The notes: generated from the letters alone by a model not told the origin. A DNA stretch of 64,000 bases from Nitrospirota bacterium (GCA_963790025.1 CAWBMP010000002.1:288001-352000), one strand, 5' to 3'. Positions 39,496-50,642 are shown, counted from the first letter of the stretch. A program made the numbers and translations.

Positions 39496-41862
39496 TTATA
39501 ATTTTGTGGCTATTTTCTCGATGATGAAGTTCTCAAGGATATCGCCGATTTTCAGATCATTGAAATTCTCTATAGTGATCCCGCACTCGTATCCCGTTTG
39601 CACTTCCTTCGCGTCCTCTTTAAATCTTTTCAGTGATGAAAGCTTGCCCTCGTATATAACGATATTGTCTCTGATGACCCTGATCCCGTCGCTGGTGCGG
39701 TGTATAGTTCCATCGATCACATGGCAGCCGGCAATAGTACCAATCCTCGACACGTGGAAAAGCTGCCTTACCTCAGCCCTGCCAAGAATCTTTTCTTTGA
39801 GAGTTGGCTCAAGCAGCCCCTCCAGTGCCTTCTTCACATCTTCAATGGCTTCATAGATGATATTATAGAGCCGGATATCGACCCCTTCTTTTTCGGCTGT
39901 CTGTGACGCCTTCAGTTCGGGACGAACATTGAACCCTATTATTATGGCATTCGAGGCCGCAGAAAGCATCACATCCGATTCATTAATACCGCCGACAGAG
40001 GAGTGTATAACACGCACTTTTACTTCAGCGTGTGTAATGCCTTCCAGTGATTGCGTAATAGCTTCAACAGAACCCTGTACATCTCCTTTAATGACGATAT
40101 TCAGTTCTTTTATCTGGCCTTCCTTTATTTTGGCATACAGCTCATCAAGAGTCAGTTTCTTATGGCGCGCTATTTCTACGAGACGCTGTTTTTGCAACCG
40201 TGCAAGTGCTACCTGCCGGGCCTTCTTTTCATCTTCAACGCAGGTAAAAACGTCGCCTGCCGCCGGGACTTCGGAAAAGCCGATGACCTCCACTGGTGTC
40301 GAGGGGAGCGCTTCATGGATCTTTTTGCCTGTATCGTTAATGAGGGCCCTGACCCTGCCCGATGCTGCTCCTGCAACAAAGGCATCGCCTATCTTCAACG
40401 TGCCCGACTGAATAAGCACCGTTGCCACCGGCCCCCTGCCCTTGTCGAGCTTTGCTTCGATGATAGTGCCGCGCGCCGGTTTGTTGGGCTTGGCCTTGAG
40501 TTCCATCACCTCGGCCTGCAGCAGTATCATTTCCAATAAGTGCTCGATACCGATGCGTTGTTTGGCGGAAACTTCAACAAAAATATTCTGCCCGCCCCAC
40601 TCCTCGGATATTACACCTCGTTCGGCAAGCTCATTCCTGACCTTGGACTGGTTTGCTTCCGGTTTGTCGATCTTATTGATGGCAACTACAATAGGGACAT
40701 TCGCCGCCTTTGCATGGTCGATGGCCTCGATAGTCTGCGGCATAACACCGTCATCAGCAGCAACTACCAGAACTACGATATCCGTCACTTTCGCTCCTCT
40801 CGCCCTTAACGCGGTAAAGGCCTCGTGACCGGGTGTGTCGAGGAACGTAATATCCTTGCCCTGAAGGGAGACCTTGTATGCGCCAATGTGCTGCGTAATA
40901 CCACCTGCTTCCGATTCAGTGACCTTTGTCTCCCTGATTGCATCCAGCAGCGAAGTCTTTCCGTGGTCTACATGACCCATTATTGTAACAACAGGAGGCC
41001 GGAAAACCAGATCAGAAGCGCTTTCAGCGGCCTCTTCTATAACATCGACCTGCTCTGCTAACACCGATTCGGCCTTTATGCCGAAGCTTTCGGCCACAAG
41101 AAGGGCAGCATCGGAATCAATCGGCTGATTAACAGTTGCCATATAGCCGAGTTCCATAAGCTTCCTTATCACATCCGGTATTTTAAGTCCTATCAGGTCA
41201 GCAAATGCCTTGACAGTGGTCCCTTCTTCAAACTTGATCGACTTTTTCCTTGGGGCCGTAATCTGAGGTTGCTGGAGCTCCGGTGTGAACCTCCTCATCC
41301 TGTCCTTCGGCCTTTTCCCTGACTTCTGGTCAACCCATTTCTTAGGTTCAATCTTCTTGATGGCCTGGAAGGCCTTTTGCATGGTAGGCTTGACTTTAAT
41401 CTTCTCGAGCTTTTCTACCTCTATATCTTTCTTGAACCGGTCCGGGACCTTAACTTCATCATCCTCTTCGGTAACAACGAGAGGAGGAGCTATGGCTAAG
41501 CCAACTTCCTCTGCAGCCGTTTCGGGAAAAAATTCTTTTTCGCTTTCAGCATGTTTTTCAACTTCAGGCCTTGCAGGTTCGAGGGGCTTGCCAGCTTTCT
41601 TTTTTATATGTTCTGCTCTTAATGCCTGCGGCCCTTTCGGAGGCAAAGCCTCTCCGGAGGGTGGTGTTTCCCGTATTCCCGGAGCTTTCTTCGGCCCGGT
41701 CAATTGCCTGATTTTCTCCGCTTCTTCAGCAGTCATTTTTACATTCGTAGTTCCCTTTTTAAATTCTTTAGCCATGACCTGCCCAAGCAGCTTCACCACC
41801 TCGGTAGGCTTCAGGTTCAACTCCTTGGCAAGTTCAATGCTTTTTATCTCGTTACCCGACAT
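39496..41862 (-). CDS. infB: Translation initiation factor IF-2
   Basis: [49 protein letters not shown]. Confidence 0.97.
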   Translation of the reverse strand: MSGNEIKSIELAKELNLKPTEVVKLLGQVMAKEFKKGTTNVKMTAEEAEKIRQLTGPKKAPGIRETPPSGEALPPKGPQALRAEHIKKKAGKPLEPARPEVEKHAESEKEFFPETAAEEVGLAIAPPLVVTEEDDEVKVPDRFKKDIEVEKLEKIKVKPTMQKAFQAIKKIEPKKWVDQKSGKRPKDRMRRFTPELQQPQITAPRKKSIKFEEGTTVKAFADLIGLKIPDVIRKLMELGYMATVNQPIDSDAALLVAESFGIKAESVLAEQVDVIEEAAESASDLVFRPPVVTIMGHVDHGKTSLLDAIRETKVTESEAGGITQHIGAYKVSLQGKDITFLDTPGHEAFTALRARGAKVTDIVVLVVAADDGVMPQTIEAIDHAKAANVPIVVAINKIDKPEANQSKVRNELAERGVISEEWGGQNIFVEVSAKQRIGIEHLLEMILLQAEVMELKAKPNKPARGTIIEAKLDKGRGPVATVLIQSGTLKIGDAFVAGAASGRVRALINDTGKKIHEALPSTPVEVIGFSEVPAAGDVFTCVEDEKKARQVALARLQKQRLVEIARHKKLTLDELYAKIKEGQIKELNIVIKGDVQGSVEAITQSLEGITHAEVKVRVIHSSVGGINESDVMLSAASNAIIIGFNVRPELKASQTAEKEGVDIRLYNIIYEAIEDVKKALEGLLEPTLKEKILGRAEVRQLFHVSRIGTIAGCHVIDGTIHRTSDGIRVIRDNIVIYEGKLSSLKRFKEDAKEVQTGYECGITIENFNDLKIGDILENFIIEKIATKL

Positions 41863-42002
41863 CCGGAATCATCCTCCCATCCTTCTTCATACTTCTTACT
41901 TGTAACTTCTTACTTTCTTTTTACCTCCTGAAATGTTATCATAAAAGACTTTTTTAAAGCAATGAACATAAGACGGTTATGAGACCGTCGAGGAGGAAAA
42001 TT

Positions 42003-42191
42003 ATGGCATCGTGCTCAGTCTGCGGCAAAAAAAGGGCCGTTGGAAATAATGTCAGCCACGCAAACAATAGAACAAAACGCGTAGTCATGCCCAATATTCA
42101 GAAGATCAAGATTGTTACTGATAGCGGCAGCAAAAGGTCATATGTCTGCACCAGATGCATCCGCTCCAAAAAAATAGTCAAGTCAGTATAA
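42003..42191 (+). CDS. rpmB: 50S ribosomal protein L28 (Zn-ribbon C+ form)
   Basis: MASCSVCGK..GNNVSHANNRTKR...PN...VCTRCIRS; SD GAGGAGG. Confidence 0.95.
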   Translation: MASCSVCGKKRAVGNNVSHANNRTKRVVMPNIQKIKIVTDSGSKRSYVCTRCIRSKKIVKSV

Positions 42192-42279
42192 TCAAATGTT
42201 GAATTTTGAATTATAGAGTCCGAATAGTTAAACAAGCTGTTTTCCCTTAATTCAACATTTAGTAAACATCGGCGGTTTT

Positions 42280-42732
42280 ATGAAAGACGCTGCATCAATT
42301 TTAGCCTCCCTTTTCAAAAATATCGGCATGGAAGACAGGCTAACGCTCGCCTGTTTGCAAAGGGAATGGGTTTCGCTGTTTGATGAGCCGCTGTCACTGC
42401 ATACCTATCCGGCAAGTCTGAATAACGGCATACTTGTGGTCAATGTCGACTCGCCCCTGTGGATGCAGCAACTTAAATATTTTAAACAGGCCATGCTCAA
42501 GAAGCTTGAGGCCCACAGGATTAACGCCATCGAGTTCAGGCATGGTAAAATCGGTCATTTCAACAGGGACCATACGGCAACGGACCCTTCGGTAAGGCCC
42601 AAAAAACGTAAAGAACTTACGGATGAGGACACCGACTGGATAGAACAAACGCTTGCCGGCCTCGGAAGCCCTGAACTGAGGGAACAAATCAGAAAAGCAA
42701 TCGAAAAGTCACTGTCTACTTCCACGCCTTAA
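42280..42732 (+). CDS. dciA: DUF721 / DciA family protein
   Basis: W..LF...LSLHTYP....GILVVNVDSPLWMQQL pattern. Confidence 0.7.
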   Translation: MKDAASILASLFKNIGMEDRLTLACLQREWVSLFDEPLSLHTYPASLNNGILVVNVDSPLWMQQLKYFKQAMLKKLEAHRINAIEFRHGKIGHFNRDHTATDPSVRPKKRKELTDEDTDWIEQTLAGLGSPELREQIRKAIEKSLSTSTP

Positions 42733-42893
42733 TGACAATTACTTTTGATTTTGCATAAGGATATTTTTTTGTTGGTTCCAAAACCGACTTTTTCCATTGG
42801 ACCCCTACCCCGAAGAGAATTTTTCTGATAATATTTGAGATAAGCAACAAATTAATTGACAAGGCATCAATAAGAATACCCGAGGAGGCTAAA

Positions 42894-43640
42894 ATGATAC
42901 TTCTGAAAGACAAGGTTGCACTCGTCACCGGTGGTTCGCGCGGCATAGGCGCGGCTATTGCAAAACGACTTGCACGTGATGGCGCCCATGTTGCTATCAG
43001 CTATGTCGCGTCAGTCGAAAAGGCAGAGGCCGTAGTGAGGGAGTTGGAAGGTCAAGGCATTCAGGCAGCGGCATTCAAGGCTGATCAGGCTAATCCTGCT
43101 CAAGTAGAGGGTTTAGTCAGGGCGGTCGTTGCACGTTTTGGCCGTCTCGATATTCTTGTTAACAGTGCCGGCGTCTTTGTCATAGGTGTAGTCGGAGACC
43201 CTGCCTTAGACCGGCCCGCGCTTGAACGGCAATTCGCGATAAACATAGGTGGCGTAGCTGCTGCCGTACGCATAGCAGCCACGGTCATGAGCGAAGGCGG
43301 CCGAATAATTTCAATTGGCTCTGTGCTCGGGAGTCACACGCCGTGGCCAGGCATGGGCGACTATTCGGCAACTAAAGCCGCTGTGGCCGCCTACACAAGG
43401 GGCTGGGCGCGGGACCTGGGACCGAAAGGTATTACCGTCAATGTCATTCAGCCCGGCCCTATCGACACCGATATGAATCCGGCAAATAGTGATTTTGCCG
43501 AGGCCCAAAAGGCGAGCACAGCGCTCGGCCGTTATGGTCGACCCGAGGAGGTCGCGGCGGCTGTCGCCTTTCTCGCGAGTCCGGAGGCATCTTACATCAC
43601 AGGTGCTGCCCTCAACGTAGATGGTGGATTTAGTGCTTGA
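42894..43640 (+). CDS. Short-chain dehydrogenase/reductase
   Basis: TGGSRGIG, LVNSAG, YSATK, QPGPIDTDMNP, VDGG. Confidence 0.93.
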   Translation: MILLKDKVALVTGGSRGIGAAIAKRLARDGAHVAISYVASVEKAEAVVRELEGQGIQAAAFKADQANPAQVEGLVRAVVARFGRLDILVNSAGVFVIGVVGDPALDRPALERQFAINIGGVAAAVRIAATVMSEGGRIISIGSVLGSHTPWPGMGDYSATKAAVAAYTRGWARDLGPKGITVNVIQPGPIDTDMNPANSDFAEAQKASTALGRYGRPEEVAAAVAFLASPEASYITGAALNVDGGFSA

Positions 43641-43758
43641 CTGCTTCCAATATTTCGGAAAAAAATAATATCGGAACTGGGGATCTCGACCATTTATAGT
43701 TCTCACTTTGTGCAGTAATATGGACGCTTTCCCATTTTTCCGACATTCAGGGGACGCC

Positions 43759-44154
43759 GTGAAAACCTTAGCATTAGTGTTCGGCCTTTGTATCAGCGCT
43801 GTCGGCGCTGCAGGCATTCTTGCGCCATCCGGCCTCGTGTGGCTCGCCCACCTCTTCATCACTTCCGGCGCGTTCTATGTTCTCGCTACGGTCCGAATCG
43901 CTTTTGGTCTCATCCTGATCTCGGTGGCATCGGCTTCCCGCGCACCAAAGGCGCTCCGCGTCATTGGCTGCGTCATCTTGATCCTTGGGATAATAACGGC
44001 TCTCACAGGTCTGGTGGCAGTCGGGCGGGCTCGAGGCGCTATCGAATGGTGGTTGCAGCAGGGGTCCGGCGTCTTCCGTCTAACATGCGTTATAGTCGTA
44101 GCCTTCGGAGGCTTCATCGCGTACGCCTGCGCGCCAGCTCGACGGGCTCCCTAA
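43759..44154 (+). CDS. Small multi-TM membrane protein, gene-cassette-like
   Basis: Four hydrophobic segments; GTG at 43759 after AGGGGA; stop codon lies inside CCCTAAC. Confidence 0.6.
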   Translation: MKTLALVFGLCISAVGAAGILAPSGLVWLAHLFITSGAFYVLATVRIAFGLILISVASASRAPKALRVIGCVILILGIITALTGLVAVGRARGAIEWWLQQGSGVFRLTCVIVVAFGGFIAYACAPARRAP

Positions 44155-44180
44155 CAGGCGCTTGAAGCTGCGGGGCGCTA
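44149..44180 (+). mobile_element. Truncated integron attC-like left arm
   Basis: CCCTAAC-AGGCGC-TTGAAGCTG resembles R''-spacer-L''; no complementary right arm found. Confidence 0.35.
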
Positions 44181-44349
44181 CAATTGAGGTGGTTATATGG
44201 CACAACCCGTAATCTGCAATGAACACCTGAAAGTCCGCACCGCAGACGTCTTGTAAGAAATGTTGAATTCAGCTTGAAACATTGATGTTACGTTTGTTCT
44301 CAGCGTATACTCTTGCAAAGCAATCGTGAGTTCTATCTAATTGTTAAAA

Positions 44350-44379
44350 TTGCCACAAGTCTAGGACTTGTTCTATAAT
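44350..44379 (+). promoter_or_regulatory. Sigma70 promoter with perfect palindromic operator in the spacer
   Basis: TTGCCA N18 TATAAT; ACAAGTC-TAG-GACTTGT at 44355-44371. Confidence 0.55.
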
Positions 44380-44423
44380 GCTGCAAATTAAATACTTGGG
44401 AAGGATATAACTGGTTAAGACAT

Positions 44424-45878
44424 ATGGACTTTTGTCTTTCAATAGGGATAGATAAATATATCCACTTAGTTCCGCCCACGCCCTTTGCAGAAAATGATGC
44501 AAAGGAGTTTAAAATTATTATGGAAAGCGTTTTTAAGGTTAAATCTGCTGATCTCCTACGAGGGCATTATGCTACATACACGAATGTCAAATCTCATGTT
44601 ATGAAGATTGCTGCGAAGCTTGAAAAAGGAGATAGATTTTTTTTATTTTATGCTGGACACGGCCAAAACTTTGAAGGAAGTCCGGCCATAAGTTGCTACG
44701 ACACCACGCCAGACGATAAAACAACATGGCACGATGTGATAGATTTAATGAAAACAGTTAAGGAGAATGGCTGCGAGAAAATACTCCTTTTCATAGATGC
44801 ATGTGAGAGCACAATTGGACTGGGATCAAGAAAAAAAGGTCTGGGCAAATTCTCTATAGAAGAAATCAAAAAACATATTATAAAAAGTACTTATTCAAGC
44901 GTGTTCAGCGCAACGTCTCACAAGGGGATAGCGGACATTATGCCTGATAAGAAACACGCGGATATGGACCTATTACCTGCTACAGGCTCTGAAGTGGAGA
45001 AGAACCCAACGCTTTAAAAGAGGAAAGCTTATTGACTAACTATTCGCTTCAAACATCCCTAAGTATGAGTGTTAAGAAATACTGCAAATCAAACAAAGAC
45101 TGCGATATGCAATCTCTCACGTATGGGGAAAACAGAAGGCGAATTTCTAATCAAGGATTTCACGAAGTCGGTAATCAAATATAAAGAACTTCCTCCATCA
45201 AGTATTCGTCGGATTGAGTTTGTTACCATTCACATCTGAAGGCGTTAAGATGCTGTCCGGATTCAAAGCTGGGCATACTATCCCAAAGTTTCATTCTAGT
45301 GCTGTTGATAATTTTATAAATAGCATTGCAGAGGATGACATTAAAAAGCATATCGAAGATGTTTCTCAGGGGTTACGGAAACTGCTAAATTTAAAATCTA
45401 CGGATTTTAAACTAGCTACGATGATGGATGCGGGTCATTTGAGTGCCCCTATTTTAGGTATTCATATTGTGTTGAAATTGATGCGAATGACCTCAGAGAA
45501 GTTGAATTCACAGCGACTCTCGAACCTTATGATATTAATAAAATAATCGAGGTGTCAAAGAAGTTCGATCAGTGTTTTCCAGAATGGTTTGAATACCTCT
45601 TATTTACTTTGTCCAAACCAATGAATGTTGAAAAATTGATACGTACTATAGAAGAATCAAAGGCTGGGACGTTAAAGGATTTTAACTACGATTACCCCTC
45701 GGATAAATCGTCTGTTACGTTGTCGAGTGAGACGTTGGGAAGGGAAATTACAATTCTAGATAACGAAATTAAAATTCACTTTAGGGCAAAGGAAGAAATT
45801 CCATCAATGTTAAAAAGCTTAAAAGAACTCGCCAATGATTTAGTATTAATTTCTCCCAATTATAAACTTCTTGAATAG
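44424..45878 (+). pseudogene. Caspase/peptidase C14 family protein with uncharacterised C-terminal domain, multiply frameshifted
   Basis: SIGIDKY, AENDA, FYAGHG, IDACES (His/Cys dyad); continues by frame changes through IWTYYLLQAL, SGEEP.., GKTEGEF.., VKMLSGFKAGH.., SYDDGCGSF.. into the 45552..45878 frame. Confidence 0.75.
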
Positions 45879-46005
45879 CATTTTGATTGTAGGTCCGTTC
45901 TCATCGCCTTTTATGTTGATCTGTTCCATGATTTGACCCTTCATCCACGTTGAATCTGAACCCATGAATTGACCTGCCCCGCATCTCATTGTACCGAATA
46001 GAGCT

Positions 46006-47481
46006 TTAATTTTGTTCTAACCATTTATTAGCAACATCTTGAGCGAATGAAATCTGAGATAGGGCACCTTGATCTAGACTCGTATCGAGCGTCATATTCG
46101 CCAACAAAATCATAAGTTCTTGCAACCTATCGTTGAATAAGTCTTTTGCTCTTTTACTGTTGAATTCGAACCGGTCGCCAAAAGATATTGTAAACGGACT
46201 ATCTATTATCAACGGAATTATCTGATATATTGTAATTTGTGACTGTATCTTTGCGGCATCCAGCAGCAAATATCCGAGCCATCGCCACTCAGCGGCCTCA
46301 AACCCATCACCTCCATACTCGGGGTCACTGAATAGAACTGCAAAATGACGTGTGCTATATATATATGTGGGATCAACTGATTTAATAAAAGATTCTGGCT
46401 TGCCAAGGAATAATGCTTTAAAATTGTTTATGACAAAATTACGCAATTCTGGAGTTTTTTCCTTTGATGTCACATAGGGATTATGTCTCCAATAACTGTA
46501 CAAATCATTGGCGAAATGAAGACTTATGGGAAGGGCTTTTATGATTTCTTCAAGAATCCATTTGCCATGTTCACCCTCAGTCCCCATTGGCATCCTATTT
46601 GAAAGTCTCCAGAGCGATAGAAAACCTGGACAGCTGTCGACATTTGCCTTTACTCCGTCATGTAGAAGGATGACTTCAAAAAGTGATGTAGCAAGTTCAC
46701 GTATATCTTCCGGATTTAAAAAATAACGAGCGAATTGTTCTAATTTGGAAGACGAAGTTGGTAATGAGTATAACACCTCCGGAAATGAGAAATCCCTAAG
46801 AACAATACCATTGTGATCAAATTTCCATTTTCTTAGAGCTTGCAGAATTTCTTGATCTGATATTTCGGCTTCAGGTATAGCTTCATCATTTATTCTTTGC
46901 CAGTAGTTTGTCGGATAACTATTCCGTATGCCTTGAGGTATTTGTACAGAACTAAAGGGGCCTTTATCCCACGTTGGAAATAAGAAGGCTATTAATTTCT
47001 CGGCTGCGACGGCATCCCATTCTACATTCGTTGCTAATAGCCCCCATTTCTCTTTTAAATAGGTTCTACTCTTTTTTGCGCTGTCATCGTTTTGTCGTGA
47101 TTCCAATGTTTGAAGTTCTCTGATGTTTTCCATGAGAAAATCATAGGCTTCAGGAGCGGCAAATCTCAAAACAGTCGCAATAAAAAGATCATCGTAATCG
47201 ATTTCCCCATGCAAACTGTTCCAGACAGATAATATTCTTCTGAAGGATATTTTTAGCAATCGAGGTGTTTTTAAAAGGCTCGCAATATTATCTACAGGTT
47301 CTCTGAAAAGAGGATCTATGGAACTCATAATACGAATATTAAGATCATATGCCCCTTTCAAACTACCCAAACGCATTTCTCGTTCCTTTTGAGGCACTAG
47401 ATCTATCACGTCAGAATATTTTGTTAAACAAAAATCTCGAAATAGATCGACTGTTTTTAAAAAATCCTTATAGTTAATCAC
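46006..47481 (-). CDS. C-terminal part (or partner) of KAP-family P-loop NTPase
   Basis: LKTPRLLK..FR, GEIDYDDLF...VLRF..PEAYDF helical region typical of KAP C-termini; GTGA overlap with the restored upstream stop. Confidence 0.65.
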   Translation of the reverse strand: MINYKDFLKTVDLFRDFCLTKYSDVIDLVPQKEREMRLGSLKGAYDLNIRIMSSIDPLFREPVDNIASLLKTPRLLKISFRRILSVWNSLHGEIDYDDLFIATVLRFAAPEAYDFLMENIRELQTLESRQNDDSAKKSRTYLKEKWGLLATNVEWDAVAAEKLIAFLFPTWDKGPFSSVQIPQGIRNSYPTNYWQRINDEAIPEAEISDQEILQALRKWKFDHNGIVLRDFSFPEVLYSLPTSSSKLEQFARYFLNPEDIRELATSLFEVILLHDGVKANVDSCPGFLSLWRLSNRMPMGTEGEHGKWILEEIIKALPISLHFANDLYSYWRHNPYVTSKEKTPELRNFVINNFKALFLGKPESFIKSVDPTYIYSTRHFAVLFSDPEYGGDGFEAAEWRWLGYLLLDAAKIQSQITIYQIIPLIIDSPFTISFGDRFEFNSKRAKDLFNDRLQELMILLANMTLDTSLDQGALSQISFAQDVANKWLEQN

Positions 47482-48717
47482 GTCAGACTCTCCACATGGT
47501 CACAAATACGGATAAGTACGCTCGAATACTGATGTTCGGTTCCTATTGCCAGGACAAATGATATATGTTTCAAATGGCGCAATCTATCCAACAAAGCCGG
47601 CATTTCATCTCTGATCATTTCATCAGAGACGTTTTCTGTCTAAATCTTCTAAAAAGATTATGAGACGCATATGTGCAGCATCTAATAGCACGTCTAATTT
47701 TGCCAATGTGGTATGAGGGCTGTCTTGCCGGTTCAGTAGCAGGAAACTTATGAAACCTAATGGACCTTTTAATAGCTCTAAGGCTTCAATATAAGCGGCG
47801 GGTGTGGTTATAACTGATAAGCAATCTATTTCAGCACTTAGACGTTTGATGGCTATAGTAAGGATTTGTTGAGCGATAGAGCCTTTTATCCGGCCCCATC
47901 CATCGACCCGACATATAAGGAGTTTGCCATAAAAAAAATCGGAATCATCATGAACTGAACTAAAAGCCTTTGAGGTTTCACATGGATTATTAAGATAATA
48001 TTCTACCAAATTCAGCAAACTACTTTTCCCGATACCGTATTGCCCAACAACCCCAATAGTTTTTAATTCTCGAAACATTAGCTCACACGATATTCGTTGT
48101 GCCATAACTGACAAACCAAAGCGATCTTGAGCCGGTTGTCTTATTGGCACCTCTTCCTGAAGCCAGTGAATCAAATGATCAGGACTATCCAGCACGCTTT
48201 GAAAGTTCCCTGCTGAATCAGCAGATTGAAGCGGCAAAGAGGTTTCTTGAGTTAAACTGAGAGAGAAAAATCTATGAAATAGAGATGCCGTTGCAAATCC
48301 AACTATCATCGACGACGCGACATATCCGAAAGCGTAGAAGTTGACATAGTTGCTCAAAACCTGACGATCAGATAAGGGAAACATAGACAAAAGCCAACAA
48401 TAGACACACAGGCCAACAAGGCTAAAAAACCAGACAGGTGGATATCGAATAAATCTATCTGGCGATAAATCACCCCAGCGAAATCCACCAACCCTGATTA
48501 ACAAAAACCATAGGAAGCCACTAATCAGGGTAGTGATGAAAAATTGTAGCCATATTGGCCAAGGACTTGTGATTTGACCAAATCTATCAGATAAAAATTG
48601 GATTAATGGATAAAGCAAGACACATACGAGTATTGCCACAACAATAAGAGCCAATAGATCTAACCAGCGTCTAAGCGAAGACCGCATAGAAATAAAAGCC
48701 ATTTTCATTTTATTCAT
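47478..48717 (-). pseudogene. KAP-family P-loop NTPase with N-terminal TM helices, frameshifted after Walker B
   Basis: QDRFG, TIGVVGQYGIGKSS (Walker A), IIFLEDLDR (Walker B). Removing one A at 47632-47635 continues NVSDEMIRDEMPALLDRL..ISFVLAIG..ICDHVESLT. Confidence 0.75.
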
Positions 48718-48895
48718 ATATAAAGATACGTCTGAAAATCGCTGAACATTCTTCCGATTTCAGTTGACCATAGTACAGGCATGAATACCCCCAGGAAGAT
48801 TGCATATTATTGTACATAATTCGTAAGAATTTCAATATATAGGAAGAGACTTACACCTGATAACGTCCTCGGGTGTCTCGCCGAATATTCCGGTA

Positions 48896-48921
48896 GAAAA
48901 TAGGGACACATCCCAATTTTC
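48896..48921. repeat. REP-like palindrome upstream of RAYT
   Basis: GAAAATAGGGACACATCCCAATTTTC, near-identical to the two downstream copies. Confidence 0.8.
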
Positions 48922-48956
48922 TTGACACACAGGTAAGGTAGTCGATAGAATTCTCA

Positions 48957-49628
48957 ATGCCGAGGATCGGAAGAGCGGTTGCGGCGGGATTTCCGCACCA
49001 TGTAATTCAAAGGGGAAACAATCGAGGGGAAGTCTTTTTTGAAAAAGATGACCGAAAGCAGTATCTCTCGCTGCTAAAGAAATATGCCGCGAAGTGGACT
49101 TCTCCTGTAATGGCGTACTGCCTGATGACCAATCATGTCCATCTCCTGACGAAACCCGGATCGGAAGAGTCCCTATTTAAGATGATGCAGGGGCTTACCC
49201 TCTGCTATACGCAATACGTAAACAGGGTCTACAGGAGGACAGGAAGATTGTGGGAGAGTCGTTATCATTCATGCATTGTGGATCACGAGAAGTATTTGTG
49301 GGCAGTTGCAAGGTACATCGAGCAAAATCCGGTGCGCGCCGGGATGGTAGAGAACGCTGAAGACTATCTCTATTCAAGTGCCCGCGCTCATGTCAGTGGA
49401 AGCGATGATGTTGTATTGGGAGCAGAGCTGTTCAGTAAAGAGCAGCATGCGGACTATATACTTCTGCTGCACTCGGACATACCCCAGAGAGAAATTGAGC
49501 GCGTGCGGTACGCGACAAAGACGGGAAGACCCTTTGGCAATGAGGGATTTGTTGTTGAAATGGAAGGAAAGCTTGAACGAAGGCTCTTACAGCGGCCGAG
49601 AGGAAGGCCACGAAGGGAAGCGTTATGA
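48957..49628 (+). mobile_element. REP-associated tyrosine transposase (RAYT, Y1/HUH)
   Basis: HHVIQRGNNR, AYCLMTNHVHLL (HUH), GRLWESRY, YIEQNPVRAG, YSSA. Confidence 0.9.
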
Positions 49629-49675
49629 AAAATGGGATGTGTCCCTATTTCCAAATAGGGACACATCCCATTTTT
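49628..49675. repeat. REP doublet: perfect 23-bp inverted repeat with 2-nt spacer
   Basis: AAAAATGGGATGTGTCCCTATTT-CC-AAATAGGGACACATCCCATTTTT. Confidence 0.85.
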
Positions 49676-49857
49676 TAAACCACACCCGCAAATAAATAGA
49701 AACCGTCCCCTTTGAATTTTCCTCAGAAACGGGGTCAGGCTTGCATACGTGCATTTAGCTGAGGATTTCCATTTGTACCCCGCAGAATTATTAGGATGAA
49801 GGTTGATGTTAGGTGTGAAAACATTTCTGGTTGCACGTTAGTTGATGCGTTTGGACT

Positions 49858-50469
49858 TTAGGTTTTCAAAGCTTGAACGACATCAGACAACAATTTCTGC
49901 AGCATGTCTATCATTGCGCCCTCAAGAGTTTTCTGGTAGCCGGCGGCAGGCATACCAAAGCTGACACCTGCGGGACCCCTGCCCTTGCCGGCATATTCCT
50001 TGTCTTTGATCAGTATCTTGCTATTCTTCGTTATAGTAACAATAGCCTTCACGTCACCAGACCATCTCATGTATACTGATGCCCAGCAAAGGGTTACATC
50101 AACATCTATCCTGCTTGCCTGACCGCTATCCTTGTCCGAAATAATTGCGCCGAATCTCTTAAGCTCGGCTTCAATACAGTTTTTGACCCAGACGGCTGCA
50201 TCCTTGTCGGCCCAGACATGCGACATCGTAATATAATATGTGTTCTTAACAGCCCCAACTTCGTTAGGCTTCAGGCCGTCTTCTCTTTTATCGATCACAT
50301 TGACAAAAATATTCTGTCCAGATGCATCGAGTTTCATGGGTGTTTCAACTTGGTTCAATGTGACATTCCTGCCATTAATAGCGCACCCCAGCATACCTGA
50401 AAGCAGAAGTACTAAAACTAGTAATGCGCATTTTTGAAATCTCGTAAGCATCTCTTGTCCATCCCTCAT
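49858..50469 (-). CDS. YajG-like lipoprotein
   Basis: Lipobox MLGC, V.DKR, VGAVKN pattern. Confidence 0.6.
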   Translation of the reverse strand: MRDGQEMLTRFQKCALLVLVLLLSGMLGCAINGRNVTLNQVETPMKLDASGQNIFVNVIDKREDGLKPNEVGAVKNTYYITMSHVWADKDAAVWVKNCIEAELKRFGAIISDKDSGQASRIDVDVTLCWASVYMRWSGDVKAIVTITKNSKILIKDKEYAGKGRGPAGVSFGMPAAGYQKTLEGAMIDMLQKLLSDVVQALKT

Positions 50470-50642
50470 TTAAAAAGGCTATGCTTTGACGTGAACAAAA
50501 TTAATACATTGCATTGTGCCCTGTCAAGTCAAAAATAAATGAGACTTCAGGGGACACAATACTTTCGAGAGAAGCGTTTTGCATTATTCCCCTAAAAACT
50601 ATCACATTTTCCGCATAGGAGCCGACTCAATGTTCCTGTCAA

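Noticed and set aside
45960..45990. TGACCTGCCCC resembling an IS3-type terminal repeat
   Set aside because: No partner end or DDE transposase nearby; too short to call.
47621..47625. TGA after the KAP Walker B as Sec read-through
   Set aside because: Protein-like sequence continues in a different frame, so a frameshift explains it better.
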